Below are positions 1-10,900 of a stretch of DNA of 64,000 nt, in pieces. The notes under the pieces are model-generated. The model was not told the origin of the DNA. It saw only the letters and a list, made by a program, of their open reading frames with translations, and did not search any database. The stretch comes from Aggregatimonas sp. GTDB taxonomy: Bacteria > Bacteroidota > Bacteroidia > Flavobacteriales > Flavobacteriaceae. The stretch covers positions 969,288 to 1,033,287 of the forward strand of contig OZ250162.1 of NCBI GenBank assembly GCA_965238025.1, written 5' to 3'. Made by a program: the position numbers and the translations under genes. How positions within the stretch are numbered: position 1 is the first letter of the stretch; every line of letters begins with the position of its first letter.

Positions 1-2
1 TT

Positions 3-1253
3 CTAGCCTAGTTTTTTGAAAATAATACAGGCATTATGTCCACCAAAACCAAAAGTATTGCTAAGCGCAACATTTACTTCTCGTTCCTGGGCCTTGTTCA
101 ATGTTAGATTCAACCTTGGATCTATGTTCTCATCTACTGTAGTATGATTTATAGTTGGGGGCACTAGACTGTGCTTCATGGCCAATATTGATGCTATTGC
201 TTCGATTGCCCCGGCGGCACCTAATAAATGCCCGGTCATAGATTTAGTTGAGTTGATATTGATATTCGGTGCATGGTCCCCAAAAACTTCTGATATCGCT
301 TTAAGTTCTGCAACATCCCCTAAAGGGGTAGATGTTCCGTGAGTGTTTATTGTATCAACATCTTCCGGTTTAAGACCGGCATCATTTAAACAATTTTTCA
401 TTACCTGAACAACCCCTATTCCTTCGGGATGCGGTGCTGTCATGTGGTAGGCATCGCTTGAAAGTCCACCACCAAGAACTTCGGCATATATTTTCGCCCC
501 CCTTGCTTTGGCATGTTCATATTCTTCGAGAATAAGTGCTCCTGCACCTTCACCAAGAACAAAACCGTCGCGGGTGGCATCAAAAGGTCGAGATGCCGAT
601 TCAGGACTATCATTTCTAGTGCTTAGGGCATGCATAGCAGCAAACCCACCCATCCCTGCAATGGTAACGGCAGCCTCACTACCTCCTGAGACAACCATAT
701 CGCAATAGCCTAATCGTATATAGTTCATGGCATCGAACAAAGCATTGGCAGAAGATGCACAGGCTGATACCGTAGTATAATTCGGCCCCATAAAACCATG
801 CTTTATGGAGATATGACCAGGAGCGATATCGGCAATCATTTTAGGAATAAAGAACGGATTAAAACGGGGTGTGCCGTCTCCTTCCGCAAAATTCAGCACT
901 TCATTTTGAAAGGTTTCAAGGCCTCCGATACCGGCACCCCAAATAACCCCAACACGAAATTTGTCGAGCTTTTCTAAGTCTAATCCAGCATCTTTGATGG
1001 CCTCATCTGAAGAAACCAAGGCATATTGCGCAAAACGATCTAGCTTGCGTGCCTCTTTACGATTAAAGTGCTCCATTGGATCGTACCCCTTCAGCTCACA
1101 GGCGAATTTAGCCTTAAATTTCTCGGTGTCGAAATACGTTATTGGAGCAGCACCGCTTTTGCCGTTCTTAAGACCCTCCCAATATTCCTCTATATTGTTT
1201 CCGATGGGTGTTAAAGCACCTAATCCGGTTACCACAACTCGCTTTAATTGCAT
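3..1253 (-). CDS. fabF: 3-oxoacyl-ACP synthase II
   Basis: KRVVVTGLG N-terminus, SACAS catalytic Cys, HGTST and SNTFGFGGHN motifs; likely start is the ATG at 1253 (MQLKRVV). Confidence 0.96.
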   Translation of the reverse strand: MQLKRVVVTGLGALTPIGNNIEEYWEGLKNGKSGAAPITYFDTEKFKAKFACELKGYDPMEHFNRKEARKLDRFAQYALVSSDEAIKDAGLDLEKLDKFRVGVIWGAGIGGLETFQNEVLNFAEGDGTPRFNPFFIPKMIADIAPGHISIKHGFMGPNYTTVSACASSANALFDAMNYIRLGYCDMVVSGGSEAAVTIAGMGGFAAMHALSTRNDSPESASRPFDATRDGFVLGEGAGALILEEYEHAKARGAKIYAEVLGGGLSSDAYHMTAPHPEGIGVVQVMKNCLNDAGLKPEDVDTINTHGTSTPLGDVAELKAISEVFGDHAPNININSTKSMTGHLLGAAGAIEAIASILAMKHSLVPPTINHTTVDENIDPRLNLTLNKAQEREVNVALSNTFGFGGHNACIIFKKLG

Positions 1254-1402
1254 GGAATCGTATTTATTTTTGGGTTCACATAGGTGTTGAAAATCCAATA
1301 TAAACCAAAATGAAGTTGTAAGTCAGGTGAAATTAAAAAAAATTATCCATGCGGCATGGTTACCACATGGATAATTTTGAAACTTGTTCAAGAAAACATA
1401 GA

Positions 1403-1636
1403 TTACTTCGCTTCTTCTATATAACTAATGGCTTGGCCAACTGTTGCAATGTTTTCAGCTTGATCGTCTGGGATTTGAATATCGAATTCTTTCTCGAATT
1501 CCATAATCAACTCAACGGTATCCAATGAATCCGCCCCTAGGTCGTTGGTAAAGCTAGCTTCTGTTACTACCTCATTTTCATCAACTCCCAATTTATCAAC
1601 GATGATAGCTTTTACTCTTGATGCGATATCTGACAT
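1403..1636 (-). CDS. acpP: acyl carrier protein
   Basis: [11 protein letters not shown] phosphopantetheine motif, 77 aa, upstream of fabF. Confidence 0.98.
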   Translation of the reverse strand: MSDIASRVKAIIVDKLGVDENEVVTEASFTNDLGADSLDTVELIMEFEKEFDIQIPDDQAENIATVGQAISYIEEAK

Positions 1637-1785
1637 AATTAATTTGGTTTTAAAAATTTAAATTTGATGGCAAAAATAAAAAACTTTAGACTAATTACAC
1701 TATTAGTCGTTAAAATGTACTGTAATTTAAGAAAATTAGGGACAGTAGTAGTAATTTCGTCTTTAAAATTTTTTGTCGTTCCGTA

Positions 1786-2367
1786 ATGAATTCGCTTCCC
1801 TTAAAACGCATAGTACTTTTTGCCTCCGGTTCTGGTTCAAATGTTGAAAACATCGTACGGTACTTTGAAGATAACGAGCACATTACGGTCGCCGCTGTAT
1901 TCACTAACAAAAGCGATGCCAAAGTCATAGAGCGCTGTAAGAGGCTGAATGTAAGCGCGTTATATTTCAACAAAGCAGCTTTTTTAGAGAAAGGTTGCCT
2001 ACTTGAAGTGCTTAAGGGAATACGACCGGACTTAATCGTACTGGCAGGATTCCTTCTAAAAGTACCCCAACACCTAATTACATATTTCCCGAATAAGATC
2101 ATTAACATCCACCCAGCACTTTTACCAAAATACGGCGGAAAAGGAATGTACGGAAGCCATGTGCACCAAGCAGTAAAAGAAAATAGAGAGGCCGAAACGG
2201 GCATCACGATACATTATGTAAACGAAAACTATGATGAAGGAGCGATTATTCATCAGGCGAAAACGGCTTTAACTCCCTTAGACGGAGTTGTCGATATCGC
2301 TAGAAAGGTGCATGAATTGGAGTTTGAGCATTTTCCAAGGGTGATTGAGCAATTGTTGATAAAATAA
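1786..2367 (+). CDS. purN: phosphoribosylglycinamide formyltransferase
   Basis: ASGSGSN, LAGF, INIHPALLP and ETGITIHYV motifs. Confidence 0.96.
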   Translation: MNSLPLKRIVLFASGSGSNVENIVRYFEDNEHITVAAVFTNKSDAKVIERCKRLNVSALYFNKAAFLEKGCLLEVLKGIRPDLIVLAGFLLKVPQHLITYFPNKIINIHPALLPKYGGKGMYGSHVHQAVKENREAETGITIHYVNENYDEGAIIHQAKTALTPLDGVVDIARKVHELEFEHFPRVIEQLLIK

Positions 2368-2451
2368 AAACATACTGTAAGTCTGGGTGCAGTCGAGGAC
2401 CGTTTCGGTTATGATGCATTTCGACTGCGCTCAATGTGACAATAGCAAGCA

Positions 2452-3087
2452 ATGGCAAAAAAAGAAAAATTCTATACGGTTTGGAAAGGTAAACGCCCAG
2501 GAATCTACACCTCCTGGGATGATTGCAAGGCTGCTATTTCAGGATATAAGGGGGCACAGTACAAATCCTTCCCCACCTTTGATCTTGCCAAAAAAGCATA
2601 CAATGGCAATTATGAGGAATATAAGGGGAAGAAAAAAGGTGAGCCCTCACTTTCACAGGAACAACTGCTTAGAATTGGGAATCCCAATTACCATTCTATT
2701 TCTGTTGATGCAGCCTCTAGTGGGAATCCAGGTATAATGGAATACCAAGGCGTAGATACCAAAACAGGAAAGAAACTTTTTAGGCAAGGTCCTTTTGCCG
2801 AAGGCACCAATAATATTGGGGAGTTTTTGGCACTGGTACACGGCTTGGCCTACCTGAAAGAGCGTAAAAGTGATCGGATTATTTATACCGATTCCCGAAC
2901 TGCCATGAGTTGGGTTCGCAAAAAAACCTGTAATACCAAACTCACCGAAACATCAAAAAATAAGGCTCTTTTTCATTTAATCCGTCGTGCATTGAATTGG
3001 TTAAAAAAGAATGATTACAATACCCCTATCGTAAAATGGGAGACCAAGGCATGGGGTGAAATTCCCGCTGATTTTGGGCGGAAATAA
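2452..3087 (+). CDS. rnhA: ribonuclease HI with N-terminal caulimovirus-viroplasmin-like hybrid-binding domain
   Basis: FYTVWKGKRPGIYTSWDDC N-domain; SVDAASSGNPG, TNNIGEF, YTDS and WGEIPADFGRK motifs. Confidence 0.93.
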   Translation: MAKKEKFYTVWKGKRPGIYTSWDDCKAAISGYKGAQYKSFPTFDLAKKAYNGNYEEYKGKKKGEPSLSQEQLLRIGNPNYHSISVDAASSGNPGIMEYQGVDTKTGKKLFRQGPFAEGTNNIGEFLALVHGLAYLKERKSDRIIYTDSRTAMSWVRKKTCNTKLTETSKNKALFHLIRRALNWLKKNDYNTPIVKWETKAWGEIPADFGRK

Positions 3088-3207
3088 AAAATTTGCACCT
3101 GTTTAAAGATAAAATTCGTCCCTTCAACAAATTTTATAATTTGATATAAACACCACTATCAATTCGTAAAGCAAAGCCTTATATTTGCAGCTTAAATTTT
3201 CAGGGAT

Positions 3208-4134
3208 ATGGGAAAATTATTGATTGTAGGTACGGTTGCTTTTGACGAAATAGAAACCCCTTTTGGTAAAACAGATAAAATACTAGGCGGGGCAGGCACT
3301 TTTATAGGCCTCGCCGCCTCTCAGTTTGGCGTAGATTCGGCTATTGTTTCTATTATAGGCGATGATCTTCCTCAAGAATATCTGGATGTACTTTTAAATA
3401 AAGGAATTGACCTTGAAGGTTTGGAGATTGTAAAAGGTGGTAAAACCTTTTATTGGAAGGGTAAGTACCATAATGACTTGAACTCCCGTGATACTTTGGT
3501 AACCGAACTGAATACTTTGGCCGATTTTAACCCGATTGTTCCGGATAATTATAAGGATGCCGATGTGGTCATGTTAGGCAATCTGCACCCCGGTGTGCAA
3601 TTGAGCGTTATCAAACAAATGAGCAAACGCCCCAAGTTGGTGGTGTTGGACACCATGAATTTTTGGATGGACAATGCTTTGGACGATCTAAAGGAAGTTA
3701 TTAAACATATAGATGTTATTACTATAAACGATGAAGAGGCGAGGCAGTTGACAGAGGAGTATTCTTTAGTGGTTGCTGCTCAGGAAATACATAAAATGGG
3801 CCCCCGCTTCGTAGTAATTAAAAAAGGAGAGCATGGCGCACTATTGTTCCATAATGAAAATGTGTTCTTTGCCCCGGCCCTACCATTAGAAGAAGTATTT
3901 GATCCAACTGGTGCTGGTGATACTTTTGCTGGTGGCTTTACTGGTTATTTGGCTGCGACCGGCGATACTTCTTTCGAGAATATGAAACGGGCGATTATAC
4001 ATGGTTCTAACCTAGCATCATTTTGTGTTGAACGTTTTGGAACGGAGCGAATGGAAAGTCTAAGCAAAGATGAGGTGAACAAAAGGCTTCATCAATTCAA
4101 GTCCCTGACACAATTTGAAATTGAGTTAAGTTAA
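3208..4134 (+). CDS. PfkB family carbohydrate/nucleoside kinase
   Basis: GGAGT N-terminal motif and DPTGAGDTFAGG PfkB signature. Confidence 0.9.
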   Translation: MGKLLIVGTVAFDEIETPFGKTDKILGGAGTFIGLAASQFGVDSAIVSIIGDDLPQEYLDVLLNKGIDLEGLEIVKGGKTFYWKGKYHNDLNSRDTLVTELNTLADFNPIVPDNYKDADVVMLGNLHPGVQLSVIKQMSKRPKLVVLDTMNFWMDNALDDLKEVIKHIDVITINDEEARQLTEEYSLVVAAQEIHKMGPRFVVIKKGEHGALLFHNENVFFAPALPLEEVFDPTGAGDTFAGGFTGYLAATGDTSFENMKRAIIHGSNLASFCVERFGTERMESLSKDEVNKRLHQFKSLTQFEIELS

Positions 4135-4140
4135 TTAAAT

Positions 4141-4164
4141 GCCCTGAAAATTCAGGGCTTTTTT
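4141..4164 (+). terminator. Rho-independent terminator after the PfkB gene
   Basis: GCCCTGA-AAAT-TCAGGGC hairpin followed by a T run. Confidence 0.8.
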
Positions 4165-4214
4165 ATTGGCCTCTGTTTAGAGGAATTAAGAAATAATACA
4201 GTAGACAACAGACA

Positions 4215-6113
4215 ATGAGTGACGCCATTAAGCACGAATGCGGAATTTCAATCATCCGATTGTTGAAACCTTTAGAATACTACAAAGAAAAATATGGCAC
4301 CGCATTTTATGGGGTAAACAAAATGTACCTCATGATGGAAAAACAGCACAATCGCGGTCAGGATGGTGCGGGTTTCGCCAGCATTAAATTAGACATGAAA
4401 CCGGGGGAACGTTATATGAGCCGAGTACGTTCTACCGCCCAACAACCTATTCAAGACATTTTTGCCCAAATTAATGACAGAATCAATGGGTCGCTTGAAG
4501 AACATCCGGAATACCAAAATGACGTCGGTCTTCAAAAAAAGAACATTCCATATATTGGTGAACTTCTTTTAGGTCATGTGCGTTATGGCACATTCGGCAA
4601 GAACAGCATAGAAAGTGTCCACCCTTTTATTCGCCAGAACAATTGGATGCATAGGAACCTTATCGTAGCAGGCAACTTCAACATGACCAATTCTTACGAG
4701 CTGTTTGACAACCTCGTTCAGCTTGGGCAGCACCCAAAGGAAATGACCGATACGGTTACCGTTATGGAAAAAATCGGTCATTTCTTAGACGATGCCGTTG
4801 CAAAGCTCTACAAGAAAATCAAAAAAGAAGGATTCAATAAACAGGAGGCTTCACCTCTAATCGAAGAGCGCTTAAGCATTTCTAAAATATTGAAAAGGGC
4901 AGCCAAAAACTTTGATGGAGGCTATGCAATGGCTGGTCTGCTTGGACATGGAGATGCTTTTGTCTTACGTGACCCTGCAGGCATACGACCAGCTTATTAC
5001 TACAAAGATGACGAGGTAGTTGTGGTAGCATCCGAACGTCCGGCTATACAAACCGTATTCAATGTACCCTATGAAAGTGTAAAAGAGTTAGACCCCGGTC
5101 ACGCACTTATCATAAAAAAAAGTGGGAGCTCTGCCATTAAGCAGGTACTTGAACCTACCGAACGCAAGGCCTGTTCTTTTGAACGAATTTATTTTTCCAG
5201 GGGAAGCGATAAAGAAATTTACCAGGAGCGTAAGGAACTGGGTAAGTTGATATTCCCAAAAATATTGACTGCCATAGATCATAACCTCAAAAAAACGGTA
5301 TTCTCCTATATTCCAAATACCGCAGAGACTTCTTTTTTTGGTATGGTCAAAGAAGCTCAGAATTATCTTAACAAGAAGAAAGAAGAGCAGATTTTGGCTT
5401 TAGGCCCTAAGATAACTGGCGATCAATTACATAAAATTCTTGAAGTTCGCCCGCGAATCGAGAAAGTGGCTATAAAGGACGCCAAGCTTCGGACATTCAT
5501 TACCCAAGACAGTAGTAGGGATGATTTGGTAGCCCATGTTTATGATATTTCCTATGGATCTGTACAAAAAGGGGATAACCTTGTTATAATAGATGATAGT
5601 ATTGTTCGCGGTACAACCTTAAGGAAAAGTATCCTTCGTATTCTGGATCGTTTATCCCCAAGGAAAATTGTAGTGGTTTCTTCGGCCCCTCAAATTCGGT
5701 ATCCTGATTGTTATGGAATCGATATGGCCAAATTAGAGGATTTCATTGCCTTTAAAGCTGCCTTGGCACTCCATAAAGAAGGCAAGACTATGGCAATCGT
5801 AGATCAGATATATGAAAAATGCCTGAAACAAGTAAATGCAGAAGACAAGAACGTAGTCAACTACGTAAAGGAGTTTTACGCTCCTTTTACAGCGGATGAA
5901 ATCTCCAAAAAAATTGGGGAGTTATTGACTTCTTCAGGGATTAAAGCAGAAGTACAGATAATCTATCAAACAATTGAAAATCTACACAAGGCTTGCCCCA
6001 AGAATTTAGGAGACTGGTATTTTACGGGAAACTACCCTACAGCTGGTGGTAATCGCGTTGTAAATAGAGCGTTTATCAATTTTTACGAAGGAAAAAACGA
6101 AAGGGCGTATTAA
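4215..6113 (+). CDS. purF: amidophosphoribosyltransferase (Bacteroidota long form)
   Basis: HECG N-terminal nucleophile Cys, HNRGQDGAG, HVRYGT, IIDDSIVRGTT PRPP-binding motif. Confidence 0.93.
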   Translation: MSDAIKHECGISIIRLLKPLEYYKEKYGTAFYGVNKMYLMMEKQHNRGQDGAGFASIKLDMKPGERYMSRVRSTAQQPIQDIFAQINDRINGSLEEHPEYQNDVGLQKKNIPYIGELLLGHVRYGTFGKNSIESVHPFIRQNNWMHRNLIVAGNFNMTNSYELFDNLVQLGQHPKEMTDTVTVMEKIGHFLDDAVAKLYKKIKKEGFNKQEASPLIEERLSISKILKRAAKNFDGGYAMAGLLGHGDAFVLRDPAGIRPAYYYKDDEVVVVASERPAIQTVFNVPYESVKELDPGHALIIKKSGSSAIKQVLEPTERKACSFERIYFSRGSDKEIYQERKELGKLIFPKILTAIDHNLKKTVFSYIPNTAETSFFGMVKEAQNYLNKKKEEQILALGPKITGDQLHKILEVRPRIEKVAIKDAKLRTFITQDSSRDDLVAHVYDISYGSVQKGDNLVIIDDSIVRGTTLRKSILRILDRLSPRKIVVVSSAPQIRYPDCYGIDMAKLEDFIAFKAALALHKEGKTMAIVDQIYEKCLKQVNAEDKNVVNYVKEFYAPFTADEISKKIGELLTSSGIKAEVQIIYQTIENLHKACPKNLGDWYFTGNYPTAGGNRVVNRAFINFYEGKNERAY

Positions 6114-6217
6114 CAATTTTATCGATGAAATACACGAAAAACTGCATTTCATCGATAAATTACGTCGTTCATCGGCTTTTTAGTCACTTAGACGAACCAC
6201 CGCCTATTTTAGACCCG

Positions 6218-6288
6218 CCATAGCATAAGTAGGTTAAGTTCATGGTAAGATTTGGGGCAAAAAAGGTGGGGACTTCCCCGCCTTTTTT
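6218..6288 (+). ncRNA. candidate small RNA, sibling copy 1
   Basis: TATTTTAG -7 box at 6205-6212, 5-nt gap, conserved 39-nt core CCATAGCATAAGTAGGTTAAGTTCATGGTAAGATTTGGG, then terminator hairpin and T run. Confidence 0.6.
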
Positions 6289-6435
6289 ATGTTTTTAATA
6301 TTCCAACGATCACACTAAGTTTATCCTGATCTCCCCGAAAAACCATTTCTCTTTAGCATTTGCACTTCATCCTATTTATAGACAATTCAACAAAGAAATT
6401 TCCCCTACTTTAAAACCCGCCTTATGTTTGGAGGA

Positions 6436-6505
6436 CCATAGCATAAGTAGGTTAAGTTCATGGTAAGATTTGGGGAAAAAAGGCGGAGCAATGCTCCGCC
6501 TTTTT
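6436..6505 (+). ncRNA. candidate small RNA, sibling copy 2
   Basis: perfect TATGTTTG -7 box at 6423-6430, 5-nt gap, same core, terminator AGGCGGAGCA-A-TGCTCCGCCT plus T run. Confidence 0.65.
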
Positions 6506-6700
6506 GTTTTGGGTAATCTTTATATAGTGAAAAAGTTGAACAACCATTTATTCATATAATTAAAGCGTTTAGGTGCCCATTGAATACAATCTTTTGCCCT
6601 TCTTGAAAAAAATATTGACTTTACTGGTAGTTCAACTATGGATAAGGACGTTCGTCTAAAACCTTTCACCAATACAAGATTTCAGTCTATTTTTGGAGGA

Positions 6701-6771
6701 CCATAGCATAAGTAGGTTAAGTTCATGGTAAGATTTGGGGAAAAAAGGTGGAGCATTGCTCCGCCTTTTTT
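6701..6771 (+). ncRNA. candidate small RNA, sibling copy 3
   Basis: perfect TATTTTTG -7 box at 6688-6695, 5-nt gap, same core, terminator hairpin plus T run. Confidence 0.65.
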
Positions 6772-6895
6772 ATTGTCTGAACCCTAGCAAATCGCAAGCG
6801 GAGCCCATTTTTAAGTTGTCGTTTCCTACAATTGTGCCTTTAAAATTTCTTAAAATTTCTTTTTTATATGCTGCAATACCAGTAATTTAGCATTG

Positions 6896-6966
6896 CCATA
6901 GCATAAGTAGGTTAAGTTTATGGTAAGATTTGGGACGAAAAGGGTGGAGACTTCTCCGCCCTTTTC
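6896..6966 (+). ncRNA. candidate small RNA, sibling copy 4
   Basis: TAATTTAG box at 6883-6890, 5-nt gap, core with one C>T change, terminator AAAAGGGTGGAG-ACTT-CTCCGCCCTTTT. Confidence 0.6.
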
Positions 6967-7023
6967 TATTCACCACATTTTGGCGTTTTCTTGTTCAAAA
7001 CTTTGTACACCGTACTATAAATG

Positions 7024-7058
7024 AAAAGACCGCCCCGATAAATCGGGACGGCCTTTTT
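7024..7058 (-). terminator. bidirectional terminator downstream of sod
   Basis: AAAAGACCGCCCCGAT / ATCGGGACGGCCTTTT inverted repeat flanked by A and T runs. Confidence 0.7.
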
Positions 7059-7078
7059 ACTTTCTTGTTGAAGTTCAA

Positions 7079-7687
7079 TTATTTGTTTGCCTCATATAGC
7101 TCAGAAACCCTATCCCAGTTAATTATGTTGAAAAAGGCGCTAACATAATCGGGCCGTCGGTTTTGGTAATTAAGGTAGTAGGCGTGCTCCCAAACATCCA
7201 ATCCTAAAATAGGAAATCCTCCACAACTCACTCCTGGCATTAGGGGATTATCTTGATTAGGGGAGGAACAGACCTCAACTTTTCCTCCTTTATGCACACA
7301 TAACCATGCCCAACCTGATCCAAAACGGGTACCAGCTGCAGCGCTAAATTTTTCTTTAAATGCATCAAAAGAGCCATAAGCACTTTCAATAGCATTTGCC
7401 AGTGCGCCAGAAGGCATACCACCACCATTGGGTGACATAACACTCCAGAACAAGGAATGGTTGTAAAAACCGCCACCATTATTGCGTACAGCGCCATTAT
7501 TCATATCAAGGTTGGTCAAAATATCTTCAATAGATTTTCCCTCCAAATCGGTCCCCGCAATGGCTCCATTCAATTTTGTGGTATATCCATTATGATGTTT
7601 GCCGTGATGAATTTCCATAGTACGGGCGTCAATATGTGGTTCTAACGCATCGGTTGCGTAGGGTAGATTAGGTAGTTCAAAAGCCAT
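7079..7687 (-). CDS. sod: Fe/Mn superoxide dismutase
   Basis: [10 protein letters not shown] start (ATG at 7687); HHGKHH, FNNGGG-like [13 protein letters not shown] and DVWEHAYY motifs. Confidence 0.96.
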   Translation of the reverse strand: MAFELPNLPYATDALEPHIDARTMEIHHGKHHNGYTTKLNGAIAGTDLEGKSIEDILTNLDMNNGAVRNNGGGFYNHSLFWSVMSPNGGGMPSGALANAIESAYGSFDAFKEKFSAAAGTRFGSGWAWLCVHKGGKVEVCSSPNQDNPLMPGVSCGGFPILGLDVWEHAYYLNYQNRRPDYVSAFFNIINWDRVSELYEANK

Positions 7688-7914
7688 AATTATTATATTT
7701 TTAGGTGAATTATTCAATGTTGCCCAAAATTACGTTTTTTAACATTCATATTCCACTAATAATATGTTAAGGCCCCTTTAACGGTTTTGACTGTAGGTCA
7801 TCCGCTTACATATATCTTCTTTTGCTTAATTTGCAGCTCAGGAAAGTTCCTGTTATCCAGTACATAAAACTGAAATTTTATTAGGTTAAAACTGCTATTT
7901 TATAGCTAAAAGAA

Positions 7915-10900
7915 GTGCAAGACAGCCCCTTTAAAATATACAATGCCTCCGCTGGATCGGGTAAAACCTACACCCTTACCAAGGAGTATCTCAAAATTAT
8001 ACTTTCCACTGGAGGGGGTTACAGGCAAATACTTGCACTTACTTTCACTAATAAGGCCGTAGATGAGATGAAACATCGAATTCTAGAGAGCCTTTTCGAT
8101 TTTGCAAATACGTTCGAACTAAATAATGCATCCCCTCTGTTTTTGGAGGTTCAAAAAGAATTAAAGTTGGAGCTTCGGTCTTTGCAGAAAAGAGCGGCGT
8201 ATACACTCAAAGATATTCTGCACAATTATGCGTTTTTCGATGTTTCAACACTTGACAAGTTTACGCATCGGCTTATTAGAACTTTCGCTAAAGATCTGAA
8301 AATCCCAAAGAATTTTGAAGTGGTCCTGGATAGGGAGCTTTTATTGAACGAAGCGGTTTCCCGCTTACTACTAAAAGCAGGTAAGAATCCCCTCCTGACT
8401 AAAATATTATTGGATTTTGCCTTTGAAAAAATCGAGGATGACAAGAGTTGGGATATTGGTATTGATCTTATCGAAATAGGTAAATTACTTTTTGAGGAAA
8501 ACCACAAAAAGCATATTGGTAAATTTGCTAACAAGTCCATCAAGGATTTTCTAGAGCTTAAAAAGCTGGTCAATAGTAAAATAAGGACGCTGGAAGAAAA
8601 TTCTGTTTCCAAAGCGCAGGCCATATTACAGTTTATTGTGGAATCTGGGCTTGAGTTTACAGATTTTCCAAGGGAAACATTACCAAACCATTTCAAGAAA
8701 ATTTTGGCCAAGGAATTTCACCCTTCAAAACTCTATGCCAATAAACTAGAAGAAAATATTCCTGCCGGGAAAATATTAAAGGCAGGCATGGCTTTTCCAT
8801 CCACGGAAATCCAAAATCGTATTATTGGCGAGTTTCAGGAGCTGAAAGAGAATGTTTATGCTATGGCTTTCCTTAAAAATGCCTATCGGAGCATTGTCCC
8901 GCTCACAGTCTTAAATTCCATTCAACAAGAATTAAAATCAATACAGGAGGAGCGCGACCAATTATCAATTTCAGAATTCAATACCATCATTTCAAAAGAG
9001 ATAAAGGACCAACCTGCTCCATTTATTTATGAGCGTTTGGGTGAAAAATACCGTCATTATTTTATTGACGAGTTTCAAGATACCTCGGTAATGCAATGGA
9101 ATAATCTACAGCCCTTGATCGACAACGCTTTGGCTGGGCAGGATGAAAATGAAAAAACCGGTTCCCTTTTTCTCGTTGGTGACACCAAGCAAGCTATTTA
9201 TCGTTGGCGCGGCGGTAGGGCAGAACAATTTCTGAAGTTGACCAACGAAAAGGAAAATCCTTTTGTGGTACGGCCAATTGTAAAAGCTTTGGAAACCAAT
9301 TATCGAAGTAGGGCCGAAATTATAAAATTCAATAATACATTTTTTCAAAGTATCAGTGAATTTCTAAATAAGCCCACTTACAAGCAATTGTTCACCGAGG
9401 GCAACAAACAATTACAAAACGCCAAGGAAGGCGGGTATGTAGAGCTGCGTTTTTTAAATGAGGACAAGGAAGATGACAAAGATGACCTGTATGGCAAAGC
9501 GGTTTTGGAAACCATTCAAAAGGTAAATCCAAAAGGAAATGCCTATAATGGTATCTGTATTTTGGTGCGTAGTAATAAGCACGGTGTAGCACTGGCAGAT
9601 TTTCTAACTAGGCATGAAATTCCGGTAATCTCTACGGAAAGCTTGTTAATCAGTAGTAGTGAAAAAGTTCGGTTTTTAATCAACCTATTACGATATTTAA
9701 ATCAGCCGGACGACCTTTCCTTTCGTTATAACATTCTCTCCTATTTATCAAAAAGAAAGGAGAAACGGCATGAATTCATTATTGAAAACCTATACCAGTT
9801 AAACTCCCTTTTGAAAAATGACTACGGTCTTAACACAGCCCTATTACCCCAAAAATCTGTTTATGATGGTCTTGAGCTTGCTATTAAGCAATTCAACCTT
9901 GCTCCTGATTCAGACGTATATTTAATCTCCTTAATGAATGTAGTATTAGATGTAGAGAATACAGATGGCGCTAGCACACCTGTGTTTTTGGATTATTGGG
10001 ATAAGAAGAAAAGTTCATTATCACTCAGCGCACCTATAGCATCAAATGCTGTGCGAATCATGACGATACACAAATCTAAGGGCCTAGAGTTTCCAATCGT
10101 CATTTTTCCTTATGCTAATGAGGATATCTATAAAAGGTATCGAAAAAGCATGTGGCTACCGGTTGATCCAGAAGCGTATAATGACTTTGATCAGCTGTTG
10201 ATTTCAGAAAAGAAAGAGGTAATCAAATACAACGAGACGGCAGCTGAGTTGTATATAGAAGAAGAACGGAAAATGGAATTGGATGCCTTCAATCTACTAT
10301 ACGTTGTCCTTACCCGCGCCGCGCAATCGCTTTTTATAATTTCCAAAAAAGAGCTGTCCGCCAAGGGCGAAAGTAACACCTCGCATTATTCGGGGCTCTT
10401 TATTCATTATTTAAAAACGCGAGGCCTTTGGAATAATGAGCAAGACATCTATAGTTTTGGAAAGCTGAACGTATCCGAAGGGCAATGGCTGACAGCCCAA
10501 GAACCTGTTCCCTATGAATACACTTATAAAAACAGACCCAGTTTTAGCATCTTGGCAAGCGGTGGAAATCTTTGGGAGACCGAAAGAGAATCGGCCATAT
10601 TACATGGAAATCTCATTCATCATATTATGAGCCATATTGAAACCAAGGACGATGTTGCTGAAACCTTGGCCCTTTTTGCCAGTAAAGGTGATATTTCACC
10701 AACGGAATTTGGTCAAGTAAAAAGCACGGTAAGCCAAATTGTAGAACATCCACAACTAGCACCTTATTATAGGACTGGTATAATGATAAAGAACGAAAAG
10801 GATATTATCACGCAAAAAGGGAAGCTTTTACGTCCCGACAGGTTGGTTTTCTATAACAGGGAGGTCGTTGTCATAGATTATAAGACCGGGAAAAAAGACC

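Noticed and set aside
1710-2207. 165-aa minus-strand ORF and similar long antisense ORFs (e.g. 8226-8711, 50308-50820)
   Set aside because: Shadow frames of well-supported genes with no recognisable motifs
6186-6244. Antisense micro-ORF MNLTYLCYG... encoded by the repeats (type I toxin idea)
   Set aside because: The ATG becomes ATA in copy 4, C-termini differ in length and sequence, and promoters and terminators point to the plus strand
6218-6966. Four repeats as a CRISPR array
   Set aside because: Spacers are 125-195 bp and unequal, each repeat ends in its own terminator, and there are no cas genes in the window
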